64,000 bases of DNA from an uncultured Bacteroides sp. (lineage in GTDB: Bacteria > Bacteroidota > Bacteroidia > Bacteroidales > Bacteroidaceae): assembly GCA_963666545.1 (NCBI GenBank), contig OY762899.1, forward strand, positions 3,288,365 to 3,352,364. The letters are read 5' to 3'. This document shows, one piece after another, positions 47,546-57,226 of the stretch (position 1 is its first letter; every line of letters starts with the position of its first letter). Below the pieces are notes generated by a model. The model was not told the origin of the DNA, did not search any database, and saw only the letters and a program-made list of their open reading frames with translations. Both the position numbers and the translations under genes were made by a program.

Positions 47546-49222
47546 CTACTTCTTGGTCACTCTAAACCAGTCAACTTCTGTCCATCCACCGTCGTTGGTT
47601 ATTATTGCGGGGCGGGTGCAGAAAGTTCCGACTTTGGCTCCTATCCACATTCCTTCTTTTGCCTGAAAAGCATTGCCTAGACTTTGATATTTCTTGCCAT
47701 CCAAGCTATAGCTGAATGTGCAGGTAACAATGGCGTTTGAGCCTACCTCACCTTCTTTAAGTTTCTTTTGTCCCGCTTTGAACTCTGCTTTGAGATAGAT
47801 TTCGCCATTTTTTAATGGTACTGTTCCATTTGCTTGTTCTGCTGTTCCTTTATTAGCACTTTTGCATTCAACTTGTGAAAGCACAATGCCATTATCCGTG
47901 TTTTCCAGAATCAATCCGGCATAATCGAATCCCATAACTATAAGCCCTGTGCGTTCACCTTTGTACTTCTTGGTAGGCTTAAAATTAAGTTTCATTGTAG
48001 TCACAAAATTATCAGCCGGCATCTTCTGAAGCATCAGATTGGCCACGTTCCACAAGTTTTTGTAATCGGACGAAACGGGGTAGGAGTAAAGACGCGCATA
48101 GCCTTTATCACCTGCAAAATAAGCCCACTTCTCGTTAATATTTGCATGCCATTGCCATTGTGGAGAGAGGATAAAGCCATTGAATTCATCACTTTCTTGT
48201 GGAGTGCAGATGGGATATGTTTTGCCAACATTTGGTTTTTTATAAGAGAGTACCGGCTCACCACATCCGTCGCCATCTTTGTCTATACCAATGACAGGCC
48301 AGTCATTAATCCACTTCATCGGTTGCAGGTGGATTAAGCGACCGTATGCTCCTGCATCTTGAAAATGCAAGAACCAGTCTTCTCCTGTAGTGGTATCCAA
48401 CCAAGCTCCCTGATGAGGGCCGTTAACGGTCGTTTTACCTTGATGCAATACCACTTTTTCTTCATAAGGGCCATATACATTCTTTGAACGGAGTACTAAT
48501 TGCCAACCGGTGGGTACTCCACCTGCCGGAGCAAAGATATAGTAGTATCCATTGCGCTTATAAAGCTTTGGACCTTCTACCGTTTCGTGGTTATCGTGTC
48601 CATCGAATACAATATGAGATTGTGTAATGGCTTTGGTTGCATCAGCATTCAATTCGCAGATGCCAAGTATACTCTTAAGCTGTGCGCGGCTACCGGCGTA
48701 TCCATGTACTAAATACACACGTCCATCGTTATCCCAAAGAGGTGTTGCGTCAATAATTCCTTTACCGGGTTTTACCAGAATTGGTTCGGTCCACGGGCCT
48801 TTAGGATCTTTTGCTTTTGTCACGAAGGCACCTTGATCGGGATCTCCCCAGAAGATGTAAAATTCTCCATCATGATAGCGGATGCTGGGTGCCCATACCC
48901 GATTACCGTGTTGTGGTTTCTCGGGCACATCAATCGGAGTTAGGGCATAAGGTATGGCTGCACCAACAATTGTCCAGTTGACCAGGTCTTTTGAATGAAG
49001 GATTTGCAGACCCGGCAAGCAATTGAAACTGGAAGATGTCATGTAATAATCGTCTCCCACACGGCAGGCATCCGGATCAGAATAATCTGCATGAATAATA
49101 GGATTACAATAAGTTCCGTCGCCTTTATCGGCTACCCATACTTGTGACACATAGTTCTTTTGCGCCAAAAGAGGCAAGGTTGTCAATAGGCAGAAAGTAA
49201 GGACTACAGTTAATTTTTTCAT
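47546..49222 (-). CDS. glycoside hydrolase family 43 (beta-xylosidase/alpha-L-arabinofuranosidase-type) with C-terminal beta-sandwich domain
   Basis: 558 aa with a signal peptide. N-terminal GH43 five-bladed-propeller motifs (ADYSDPDACRVGDDYYMTSSSF, WAPSIRYHDGEFYIFW). Confidence 0.85.
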   Translation of the reverse strand: MKKLTVVLTFCLLTTLPLLAQKNYVSQVWVADKGDGTYCNPIIHADYSDPDACRVGDDYYMTSSSFNCLPGLQILHSKDLVNWTIVGAAIPYALTPIDVPEKPQHGNRVWAPSIRYHDGEFYIFWGDPDQGAFVTKAKDPKGPWTEPILVKPGKGIIDATPLWDNDGRVYLVHGYAGSRAQLKSILGICELNADATKAITQSHIVFDGHDNHETVEGPKLYKRNGYYYIFAPAGGVPTGWQLVLRSKNVYGPYEEKVVLHQGKTTVNGPHQGAWLDTTTGEDWFLHFQDAGAYGRLIHLQPMKWINDWPVIGIDKDGDGCGEPVLSYKKPNVGKTYPICTPQESDEFNGFILSPQWQWHANINEKWAYFAGDKGYARLYSYPVSSDYKNLWNVANLMLQKMPADNFVTTMKLNFKPTKKYKGERTGLIVMGFDYAGLILENTDNGIVLSQVECKSANKGTAEQANGTVPLKNGEIYLKAEFKAGQKKLKEGEVGSNAIVTCTFSYSLDGKKYQSLGNAFQAKEGMWIGAKVGTFCTRPAIITNDGGWTEVDWFRVTKK

Positions 49223-49277
49223 GTTTATTGGATTTATTATTATACGGAGCCGGCTTAATTATGGGGCAATTTTAGTT

Positions 49278-50498
49278 CTATCGTTTAATAGTAATTACTG
49301 CCGGATGTTCTAACTCTTCTTTCCATTGGCGGATGTAAGCAAACCAAGCTTCGGGTGTTTTGTATCCGAATGTTTCTTTCATTGAGGTAAATGTAATATT
49401 GTATCGGAGGTACGTTGCTCCTTCAGCGCCGATGGTATATAAGTAATTGACTTTGTCTTTCACTTCAGCTTTTACGTATTTTTGAGGGATATAAGTAGCA
49501 AGGCCTACGGTTTCTTTGGCGTATTTCACTGTGTCGTTTACCGGCCAGTCTGTTCCCCAACAACCTACTAAACCTTTGTGATCAGAATAAGAAACCGAAC
49601 CGACGATATCTTGAACACCTGTAGAAAACACCTCTTTTTTCAAAGGCTCTTCAAAGAATGTTTCTACAACTGCATCGCGATGCCCGGCGTACAGAGTATA
49701 GCGATTGGTCATGTTTAGTTCCATACCTTGATATTGCCATTCGTTTGCTTCTATTTCGGTTACGGTGCGTACCGGGCCATAGGCTAGAATACGCTCTGTA
49801 CGGGTGGACACCGGTTCAATGTGGGTAGCTTTTTTCCCATCCCAACCTTTCAGCGCACCTAAGCCGCAACTGCTGCCTACCCGCAATACATCATCGCCAA
49901 AACCACGGGCTAATTGTTCGTCGGTAGGATAGAACTGAGATTCTTTGATCTCAAGTCCTTTATTGAACTTTCCATAAAGGTCTACTGTTTGTTTGGCATC
50001 AAAATAGATTCTGTAAGCAACCAATTCAGACTCGAAAGCCGGTCCGTGATGATGCATCTGATTGTAGATGTTACTTGTTCCGGGAATGGTTATCGACTGT
50101 ACAGGTACGTGTTTCCCTTTTTTGTCGCTGACAAGCATTTCGGCATATACACGAGGCGTGTATTTTTGATCCGACTTCTTGGCAGAAAGTATAATCTTTA
50201 CTGTCTTTTTGCTTTTAGGAGCTAAATTGGTGACAAAAGCCAGTTCGTCGGCACGTTTATCGCCATTCAAATCATCCAACTGTGAGGGTATTTCGGTGCT
50301 GCCTTCCCAAACGGTGGCCGATTTCACTGTGAATCCGGCTTTCAAATCATTGACTTTGAGAACGACCGGCTCATCTACTTTGGCCTTTGTCCAATCATTT
50401 GTGATTTCTATAGAGATGGTTTTCTCTCCACTTTGAGCAAACATGACTGCGGGGCAGGCACATAAAAACAATAGAATACTTGCAATTTCTTTCTTCAT
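49278..50498 (-). CDS. DUF4861-like protein (pectin/hexuronate locus associated)
   Basis: 406 aa with a signal peptide. The family name rests on my recollection of Bacteroides annotations next to pectin genes. No catalytic motif recognised. Confidence 0.55.
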   Translation of the reverse strand: MKKEIASILLFLCACPAVMFAQSGEKTISIEITNDWTKAKVDEPVVLKVNDLKAGFTVKSATVWEGSTEIPSQLDDLNGDKRADELAFVTNLAPKSKKTVKIILSAKKSDQKYTPRVYAEMLVSDKKGKHVPVQSITIPGTSNIYNQMHHHGPAFESELVAYRIYFDAKQTVDLYGKFNKGLEIKESQFYPTDEQLARGFGDDVLRVGSSCGLGALKGWDGKKATHIEPVSTRTERILAYGPVRTVTEIEANEWQYQGMELNMTNRYTLYAGHRDAVVETFFEEPLKKEVFSTGVQDIVGSVSYSDHKGLVGCWGTDWPVNDTVKYAKETVGLATYIPQKYVKAEVKDKVNYLYTIGAEGATYLRYNITFTSMKETFGYKTPEAWFAYIRQWKEELEHPAVITIKR

Positions 50499-50727
50499 GG
50501 AATCTGTGTTTTATATAATGATACAAATGTAAGAGAAAAGACTCAGCTTCTTCTATTAATTTTGATTGAATAACTACTTAGTTTGTTCCCTCTTTCCTTT
50601 TGTTCCATGGGTTATAGATGAGATGTACACGTTTTACGTAAAGAATATGCACGCTTCTGAGGCAAAACGTGCATACTCCACAATGAGGTCTCAAGAAGGG
50701 TCTTGAGTCATGATGCAATACGCCAAT

Positions 50728-52365
50728 TTACTTGAATTCCATCGTTTTTCCTTTAAAGTCAATGTCTTTGTATAGCGTGCCGTCCACCCTTAAATTTTTG
50801 GTGTTTTTTGCTTGTAGGGTAGGACCTTTTTTAGTGATTATCTTGATGTTATTCATTATTACACCGTCTGCTTGGCTAATTACCGCGCCTTCTGTTGCGT
50901 CGGAGATAATAACATCTTTTACAGTCACATCTTGTATTGGCATTTCGGGTAAGCCATTGAAAAACATGGCACGTCCCGCACCTTTACAATAGATGTTCGA
51001 TATATGAATATTTCGGAAGGCAGGTGTTTCAATACTCACAGGCATCAGATCTATTTTTTCTTGTTTATCATCATCCGTAAGTTCGTCGGGAGCTTTGCCT
51101 CCATAAAACAAGTCGAATAATAATGGTTCGTTCGGGATATTAATCATATTGATGTTTTCAATAAAGATGTTTTCAACCACGCCACCACGTCCTCGAGTAC
51201 TCTTGAAACGAAGACCTACGTCGGTACCCATGAAAGTACAGTTGGACACAAATATATTTTTCACTCCTCCCGACATTTCGCTACCTACCACAAAACCACC
51301 ATGCCCATGAAGTACTGTATTGTTAAGTACCAGCACGTTTTGGCAAGGTTCACCTCGTTTTCGTCCGTCTTCATCTTTACCCGATTTGAGACAGATGGCG
51401 TCATCACCGGCATCGAATGTACAATTCTCAATGAGCGCATTTTTGCATGATTCCAGGTCGAGTGCATCCCCGTTCTGAGAATACCATGGATTGAATACCT
51501 TTACATTATCAATTGTGATCTCCTCGCACGATAGTGGATGGATGCACCAACTGGGGGAATTCTTGAAAGTAATGCCTTGAAGCAACACCTTTTTGCTCTG
51601 CACTATGCTAATCATCACAGGGCGAAGCCATGGCTTAATCTCATTCCACTCTGCATCTGTCTCTATCCCTTCAGGGTTGTTGAAGTTTTTGCAGGCTAAA
51701 GCACCTTTCAATGAACCGGCTGTGGGGTACCAGATTTTTTTAGCTCCATCGAGTACGCCACCCGACTTTACTAGTTTATCCCATTGTGCCGCAGTTAGTT
51801 TGTCTTTTTTTACTGGTCTCCACGCATCTCCGGAGCCATCGAATGAACCGTATCCGGTGATGGCGATATTCTCTGCATTGCGAGCCGATATAGGCGATTG
51901 GCAACGGCGGGTTTCCAATCCTTCAAAAGAAGTTTGGATAATTGGATAGGCATTAAAATCGTCGCTGAATATTACGAGTGCATTCTGTTCTGTATATAAA
52001 TTTACGTTACTGAGCAATTCTATGGGGCCGGTGAGCCATAATCCTTCGGGAATAACGACTTTACCTCCGCCTTTGGCATTTACATCTTTAATAGCATTGT
52101 TTATGGCTTGCGTATTTAGCGTAATGCCGTCTCCTTTAGCTCCAAAGTTGAGAATATTAACTGTATATTTAGGAAAAGAGGGTTGCTTCACTGCCGACAT
52201 TTCAAAAGGAAGATCGGCGTATACTAATTGTTTCAAAGGAGAATCAGTAGAATTTTCAATGATATTAATAGGTTTTGTGATTTGAGCGCTAATGTTGCTA
52301 CCTCCGATTAATAGTGAAAAGCCTACAATTGCAGGCATAACAAACTTTCTGGTTACTGTATCCAT
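50728..52365 (-). CDS. glycoside hydrolase family 28 (polygalacturonase-type)
   Basis: GH28 motif set: SQNGDALD, DAGDDAICLKSG, LHGHGGFVVGSE, GLRFKS. I chose the ATG at 52365 (MDTVTRKFVMPAIVGF...). Confidence 0.88.
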   Translation of the reverse strand: MDTVTRKFVMPAIVGFSLLIGGSNISAQITKPINIIENSTDSPLKQLVYADLPFEMSAVKQPSFPKYTVNILNFGAKGDGITLNTQAINNAIKDVNAKGGGKVVIPEGLWLTGPIELLSNVNLYTEQNALVIFSDDFNAYPIIQTSFEGLETRRCQSPISARNAENIAITGYGSFDGSGDAWRPVKKDKLTAAQWDKLVKSGGVLDGAKKIWYPTAGSLKGALACKNFNNPEGIETDAEWNEIKPWLRPVMISIVQSKKVLLQGITFKNSPSWCIHPLSCEEITIDNVKVFNPWYSQNGDALDLESCKNALIENCTFDAGDDAICLKSGKDEDGRKRGEPCQNVLVLNNTVLHGHGGFVVGSEMSGGVKNIFVSNCTFMGTDVGLRFKSTRGRGGVVENIFIENINMINIPNEPLLFDLFYGGKAPDELTDDDKQEKIDLMPVSIETPAFRNIHISNIYCKGAGRAMFFNGLPEMPIQDVTVKDVIISDATEGAVISQADGVIMNNIKIITKKGPTLQAKNTKNLRVDGTLYKDIDFKGKTMEFK

Positions 52366-52539
52366 TCGTTGTGAGAGTTCTTTGGGTTCATAATAATAGA
52401 TAAAAGTCTCTTTCTTTATCAGGTGCAAATATATTATTGAATAACTTGTGCCATGTGTACTATTTGTTGGTTTAGGTGGATTTTTTGTTGATTTTGGTTT
52501 TTCTTTCGTCCAGATGTCTCGTTCTATGGAGAAAGTTCG

Positions 52540-52547
52540 TATCTTTG
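52540..52547 (+). promoter_or_regulatory. -7 box TATCTTTG for fabI
   Basis: TAnnTTTG match 27 nt upstream of the ATG at 52574. Confidence 0.5.
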
Positions 52548-52573
52548 CAACCTAATTTAACTATTAAATAGGT

Positions 52574-53431
52574 ATGAATTATAATTTATTGAAAGGAAAA
52601 AGAGGCATTATCTTTGGAGCGTTGAATGAACAATCCATCGCTTGGAAGGTAGCTGAAAAGGCCGTTGAAGAAGGTGCGATTATTACATTATCAAATACTC
52701 CTATCGCTGTTCGTATGGGAGAAGTTTCTGCTTTGTCCGAGAAGCTTAACTGTGAAGTTATCCCGGCAGATGCAACGAGTGTTGAAGACCTGGAAAATGT
52801 TTTTAAACGTTCAATGGAAGTACTGGGAGGAAAGGTTGATTTTGTATTGCACTCTATTGGCATGTCTCCAAACGTGCGTAAAAAGCGTACGTATGATGAT
52901 CTTGACTACGAAATGCTTGATAAGACTCTCGACATTTCGGCTGTATCATTTCATAAGATGATACAAGTAGCTAAGAAACTGGATGCAGTGGAAGAGTATG
53001 GTTCAATCTTAGCATTAAGCTATGTTGCTGCTCAGCGCACATTCTTTGGATATAATGATATGGCAGATGCGAAAGCTTTGTTGGAATCAATTGCTCGTAG
53101 CTTTGGATATATTTACGGTCGTGAGCACAATGTACGTGTGAACACAATCTCTCAATCGCCGACCATGACTACTGCTGGAGCAGGTGTTAAGGGGATGGAT
53201 AAATTGTTTGATTTTGCAGATCGTATGTCTCCATTGGGCAATGCATCAGCTGATGAATGTGCCGACTATTGCATTATGATGTTCTCTGATCTTACTCGTA
53301 AAGTAACCATGCAGAATTTATATCACGATGGTGGATTTTCAAGTGTTGGCATGAGTCTCCGTGCTATGGCAACCTATGAGAAAGGGCTTGATGAGTATAA
53401 AGATGAAAACGGACAGATTATTTATGGATAA
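52574..53431 (+). CDS. fabI: enoyl-[acyl-carrier-protein] reductase (NADH)
   Basis: 285 aa. SDR-type N-terminus GKRGIIFGALNEQSIAW and the S-Y-x6-K region LSYVAAQRTFFGYNDMADAKA. Confidence 0.9.
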   Translation: MNYNLLKGKRGIIFGALNEQSIAWKVAEKAVEEGAIITLSNTPIAVRMGEVSALSEKLNCEVIPADATSVEDLENVFKRSMEVLGGKVDFVLHSIGMSPNVRKKRTYDDLDYEMLDKTLDISAVSFHKMIQVAKKLDAVEEYGSILALSYVAAQRTFFGYNDMADAKALLESIARSFGYIYGREHNVRVNTISQSPTMTTAGAGVKGMDKLFDFADRMSPLGNASADECADYCIMMFSDLTRKVTMQNLYHDGGFSSVGMSLRAMATYEKGLDEYKDENGQIIYG

Positions 53432-53494
53432 AAAGTCTGAAATCGAAAATTCATCATTATCTCCTATTTGTTTCATCCTTTATGTTAATGAAGG

Positions 53495-54502
53495 ATGAAA
53501 CTACGATTGGTATATCTTTTTTTTCTTGTAAGCTTGCTTGTCACATCTTGTAAGTTAAATAACAACAAACTTGCGGAGCGTGGCGAAGATCAAAAGATAT
53601 CTGTAGTTCGTTATGATAAGCTGTTGAATGAGTACGTTAAATTCAACAGCTTTTCTGCTTTGCAGAAGATGAACACGGAAAATATGCAAGCCACCAAGAT
53701 ACTGATAGAAGATGTACTTACCATCGGTAACGTGGATGACGATAATATTACCCAAAAACTAAAAGTGTTCTATTCTGACACCACATTACTTCACCTGATG
53801 ACTGATGTGGAAGTTAAATTTGCTGATCTAAACAAAGTCGAACGTAAATTGACCAAGGGCTTCAATCGTCTGAAGAAAGAAGTTCCGGAGATTAAAATAC
53901 CGGAAATTTATTCTCAGATTTCAGCTCTCAATGAATCGATTGTTGTAGGGGATAGCCTGCTGGGCATCAGTCTCGATAAGTATATGGGCGAAGATTATCC
54001 TCTTTATAAACGCTACTATTACGATTATCAGTGCCGTTCAATGTCTCCTGAACGTATTGTGCCGGATTGTTTTTTGTTCTATTTGTTAAGTGAATATCCA
54101 CTTCCAGCTGATGGAAGAAGAACTTTGCTCGATGTTATGCTTCACTATGGAAAGATTAATTATATTGTTCAGCAAATACTAGACTATCATTGCTCGGAAG
54201 GCATCATCGGCTATTCAATTGCAGAGAAAACTTGGTGCAAGGAGAATGAGAAAAAGATATGGAAGTTTATGCAAACGAGTGGACATTTGAATGCCACAGA
54301 TCCTATGTTAGTAAGAATATATACCAGACCTGCTCCTTTTACTCCCTTTTTTGGTGAAGATTCGCCTTCCCTATTAGGCACTTGGATGGGAACGCAGATT
54401 GTGACTTCATATATGAAGCGAAATAAAAGTGTGACGCTACATGATTTGTTACTGATGACGGATTATCATCGTATGCTGGCTGAAACTGAATATGCTATCT
54501 GA
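53495..54502 (+). CDS. gldB: GldB-like lipoprotein
   Basis: 335 aa. Lipobox LLVTSCKL. The segments VVRYDKLL, WCKENEKKIWKF, TRPAPFTPFFGEDSP and GTWMGTQIVTSYM parallel the Flavobacterium GldB sequence as I recall it. Confidence 0.62.
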   Translation: MKLRLVYLFFLVSLLVTSCKLNNNKLAERGEDQKISVVRYDKLLNEYVKFNSFSALQKMNTENMQATKILIEDVLTIGNVDDDNITQKLKVFYSDTTLLHLMTDVEVKFADLNKVERKLTKGFNRLKKEVPEIKIPEIYSQISALNESIVVGDSLLGISLDKYMGEDYPLYKRYYYDYQCRSMSPERIVPDCFLFYLLSEYPLPADGRRTLLDVMLHYGKINYIVQQILDYHCSEGIIGYSIAEKTWCKENEKKIWKFMQTSGHLNATDPMLVRIYTRPAPFTPFFGEDSPSLLGTWMGTQIVTSYMKRNKSVTLHDLLLMTDYHRMLAETEYAI

Positions 54503-54521
54503 AAATAAAGCTCTCATTGAT

Positions 54522-55226
54522 ATGGAAATAGCTCTTTATTTATTGCCGGTTACTCTTGGCGATACTAGTCTCGAAATGGTTTTACCTTCTTATAATAGAG
54601 AGATAATTCTAGAGATTAAACATTTTATTGTAGAAGATATACGTTCTGCCCGCAGGTTTCTCAAAAAGGTAGAACACGATATTGATATTGACTCTCTTAC
54701 TTTTTACCCATTGAACAAGCATACTTCGCCGGAAGATATTTCCGGTTACCTGCAACCTTTGCTTAATGGATTGCCCATGGGGGTTATTTCTGAAGCAGGT
54801 TGTCCGGCTGTGGCCGATCCGGGAGCGGATGTTGTTGCAATAGCTCAGCGGAAAAGCCTGAAAGTAGTTCCTTTGGTAGGCCCTTCTTCTATCATTCTTT
54901 CTGTGATGGGATCGGGTTTCAACGGGCAGAGTTTTGCTTTTCACGGATATCTTCCTATAGAACCCTCAGAGCGTGGCAAAAAGCTTAAATTCCTTGAACA
55001 ACGGGCTTGTGCTGAGGATCAGACACAGTTATTCATTGAAACTCCCTATCGCAATAATAAGATGGTGGAGGATATTTTAAACAATTGTCGCCCGCAAACA
55101 AAACTTTGCATAGCTGCTAACCTGACTTGCGAGGGGGAATACATAAAGACCCGCACATTGAAAGATTGGCGTGGAAAAGTACCCGAATTATCTAAGATTC
55201 CTTGTATTTTTCTTTTATATAAATAA
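54522..55226 (+). CDS. SAM-dependent methyltransferase, tetrapyrrole-methylase (RsmI/YraL-like) fold
   Basis: The ATG at 54522 gives MEIALYLLPVTLGDT..., typical of this family. The ORF also opens at 54492. GCPAVADPG motif present. Confidence 0.68.
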   Translation: MEIALYLLPVTLGDTSLEMVLPSYNREIILEIKHFIVEDIRSARRFLKKVEHDIDIDSLTFYPLNKHTSPEDISGYLQPLLNGLPMGVISEAGCPAVADPGADVVAIAQRKSLKVVPLVGPSSIILSVMGSGFNGQSFAFHGYLPIEPSERGKKLKFLEQRACAEDQTQLFIETPYRNNKMVEDILNNCRPQTKLCIAANLTCEGEYIKTRTLKDWRGKVPELSKIPCIFLLYK

Positions 55227-56313
55227 TCTCTTTTAGGTGCTCATATTCAAGCTCCAGACATTCACTAAAGTAATTCTTTCCTATGTTTTGCTGCATTTGG
55301 TGAAGAGTCCACAACTTCCCATTTCTAAAATGATTGTTGCATAGTAAAGAATCATCTTCTACGTTGGCTACAAACAAATAGATTAGCCGATTGGTAATAC
55401 TATTCTCGAAATGATACATTGTGCTAAATGAAACAGGCATGTTTGGACTTGTTGGAAACACATAATTCATTAACCTTGCTATGCCTTCTTCCAAGGTTTC
55501 ATTGTAACGCAAGTAGCACTCTAAAGGTATATCTGTTTTGCCTTTATCCATGATGCAGCTTTGCGAGCGATTACATAAGAAAATCATGCCACGATTTATG
55601 AGTGCGATGCGTATAACAGGATTAATATATGCGTTCTTGTAATTAATGGCTTCTAATTTCAGGCTCTTACCTATTACATCTCCTTTATCGTTGACGATAG
55701 GCACATGCTCAGCATTCTTCATTATTTTATTAAAATAGTTGATGCCAAACTGATTGAAAATGATGCTAAGGATAAATAGAAAGGCAGGTACCAAACGAAA
55801 TAACCACAAATGCGTTGTTGCATTGAGGGTATTATGCGTCGCTATCATATAGATGGTAATCAAAGCAAAGTGAAAGGCTGCCAATATGAGCACTATGCGA
55901 GAAGACACAATGGTCGATTCGGCACTTTGTACTACATTTCGTTTATCGCAGGCATCTTTTCTTTTTAGGCAATAATTGATAAACCTCTTTTTATGCAAAT
56001 AGAGTATGAGCATCGGAAGAACAATACTAGCCTCTAAAGTAATAGGCAGATTTCCTTGCGGACAATAACCAATAGGTGAGAGCGTTGCAAGTGAAAGAAA
56101 AACAAGTACAGCTGTTGATATGTATAATATGAAATTATGAATCTGGGGTTTAACCTTGTACAGTATGATGTAGGAATAAACCAATCCAAGCGCTGCTCCA
56201 ATATAGATAGAGGCATCTTGCGATATGAATTCGCATAATAATATGGATATGGTAGCCGGAATAAACCCCAGAGACATATTGAAAGCAATAGAAAGAACTC
56301 TCTTATGATTCAT
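55192..56313 (-). CDS. membrane protein: ~6 TM helices fused to a degenerate Nudix-like C-terminal domain
   Basis: 373 aa. Six hydrophobic segments in residues ~10-195. The C-terminal part contains PLECYLRYNETLEEGIARL, which resembles a Nudix box but does not match it. Confidence 0.5.
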   Translation of the reverse strand: MNHKRVLSIAFNMSLGFIPATISILLCEFISQDASIYIGAALGLVYSYIILYKVKPQIHNFILYISTAVLVFLSLATLSPIGYCPQGNLPITLEASIVLPMLILYLHKKRFINYCLKRKDACDKRNVVQSAESTIVSSRIVLILAAFHFALITIYMIATHNTLNATTHLWLFRLVPAFLFILSIIFNQFGINYFNKIMKNAEHVPIVNDKGDVIGKSLKLEAINYKNAYINPVIRIALINRGMIFLCNRSQSCIMDKGKTDIPLECYLRYNETLEEGIARLMNYVFPTSPNMPVSFSTMYHFENSITNRLIYLFVANVEDDSLLCNNHFRNGKLWTLHQMQQNIGKNYFSECLELEYEHLKEIIYIKEKYKES

Positions 56314-56370
56314 CTTCGTATAATCTATCGTTTTTTATTAAAAACAATAGATTAAGGAATATGTTCGTTA

Positions 56371-57222
56371 TCATTTAAGGATGTGTTTCTCTGCATGATA
56401 AGAAGAGCGAACCAACGGTCCACTTTCTACTTGATCGAATCCTTTGCTTAGTCCGACCGCTTTGTAGATGTTAAATTGTGCAGGAGTAATATACTCTGCA
56501 ACAGCATAATGCTTGCGGGTGGGTTGCAGGTATTGACCGATAGTGAGTATACGGCAACCGGCTGAACGTAAATCGTCCATTAACTCTTCTACTTCTTCCG
56601 GGGTTTCGCCTAAACCTACCATGATACCTGATTTCGCAACAACTCCTTTGCTTGCAATATGCTTAAGCACTTTAAGACTAGTGTCATAGTTGGCTGCACT
56701 GCGCACTTGTGGGGTTATTCTTCTCACGGTTTCCATGTTATGTGAGATGATATCCGGACTCGCAGCAATGACAATGTCTACAAGGTCTGTGTGTCCTTGA
56801 AAATCAGGTATAAGTACTTCGGTGGTGAGTCCCGGATTAAGGCGTTTTACTTCATTGATCGTTTTTGCCCAGTGCGTTGCACCTTGATCGGGCAGATCAT
56901 CACGATCTACAGAGGTAATCACTGCATGTTTCAATTTCATCAATGCGATGGATTTGGCCACATGTGTAGGCTCTTGTTCATCCAGAGCTAAAGGGCGTCC
57001 TGTTAGTGTATTACAGAACTTGCAACTGCGGGTACAGATTTCACCTCCAATCATGAAGGTCGCTGTTCCTCTACCCCAGCATTCGCTCATGTTAGGACAA
57101 CGGCCGCTACTGCATATCGTGTGCAGGTTGTGAGAATCGAGAATGCGCTTTGTCTCACTGTAACGCTCGTTGCTACCGATGCTTATTTTTAACCATTCGG
57201 GCTTTTGTATTCTATTTGCCAT
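56371..57222 (-). CDS. lipA: lipoyl synthase
   Basis: 283 aa with the radical SAM motif CTRSCKFC and the N-terminal auxiliary cluster cysteines CSSGRCPNMSEC. Confidence 0.93.
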   Translation of the reverse strand: MANRIQKPEWLKISIGSNERYSETKRILDSHNLHTICSSGRCPNMSECWGRGTATFMIGGEICTRSCKFCNTLTGRPLALDEQEPTHVAKSIALMKLKHAVITSVDRDDLPDQGATHWAKTINEVKRLNPGLTTEVLIPDFQGHTDLVDIVIAASPDIISHNMETVRRITPQVRSAANYDTSLKVLKHIASKGVVAKSGIMVGLGETPEEVEELMDDLRSAGCRILTIGQYLQPTRKHYAVAEYITPAQFNIYKAVGLSKGFDQVESGPLVRSSYHAEKHILK

Positions 57223-57226
57223 ATTA

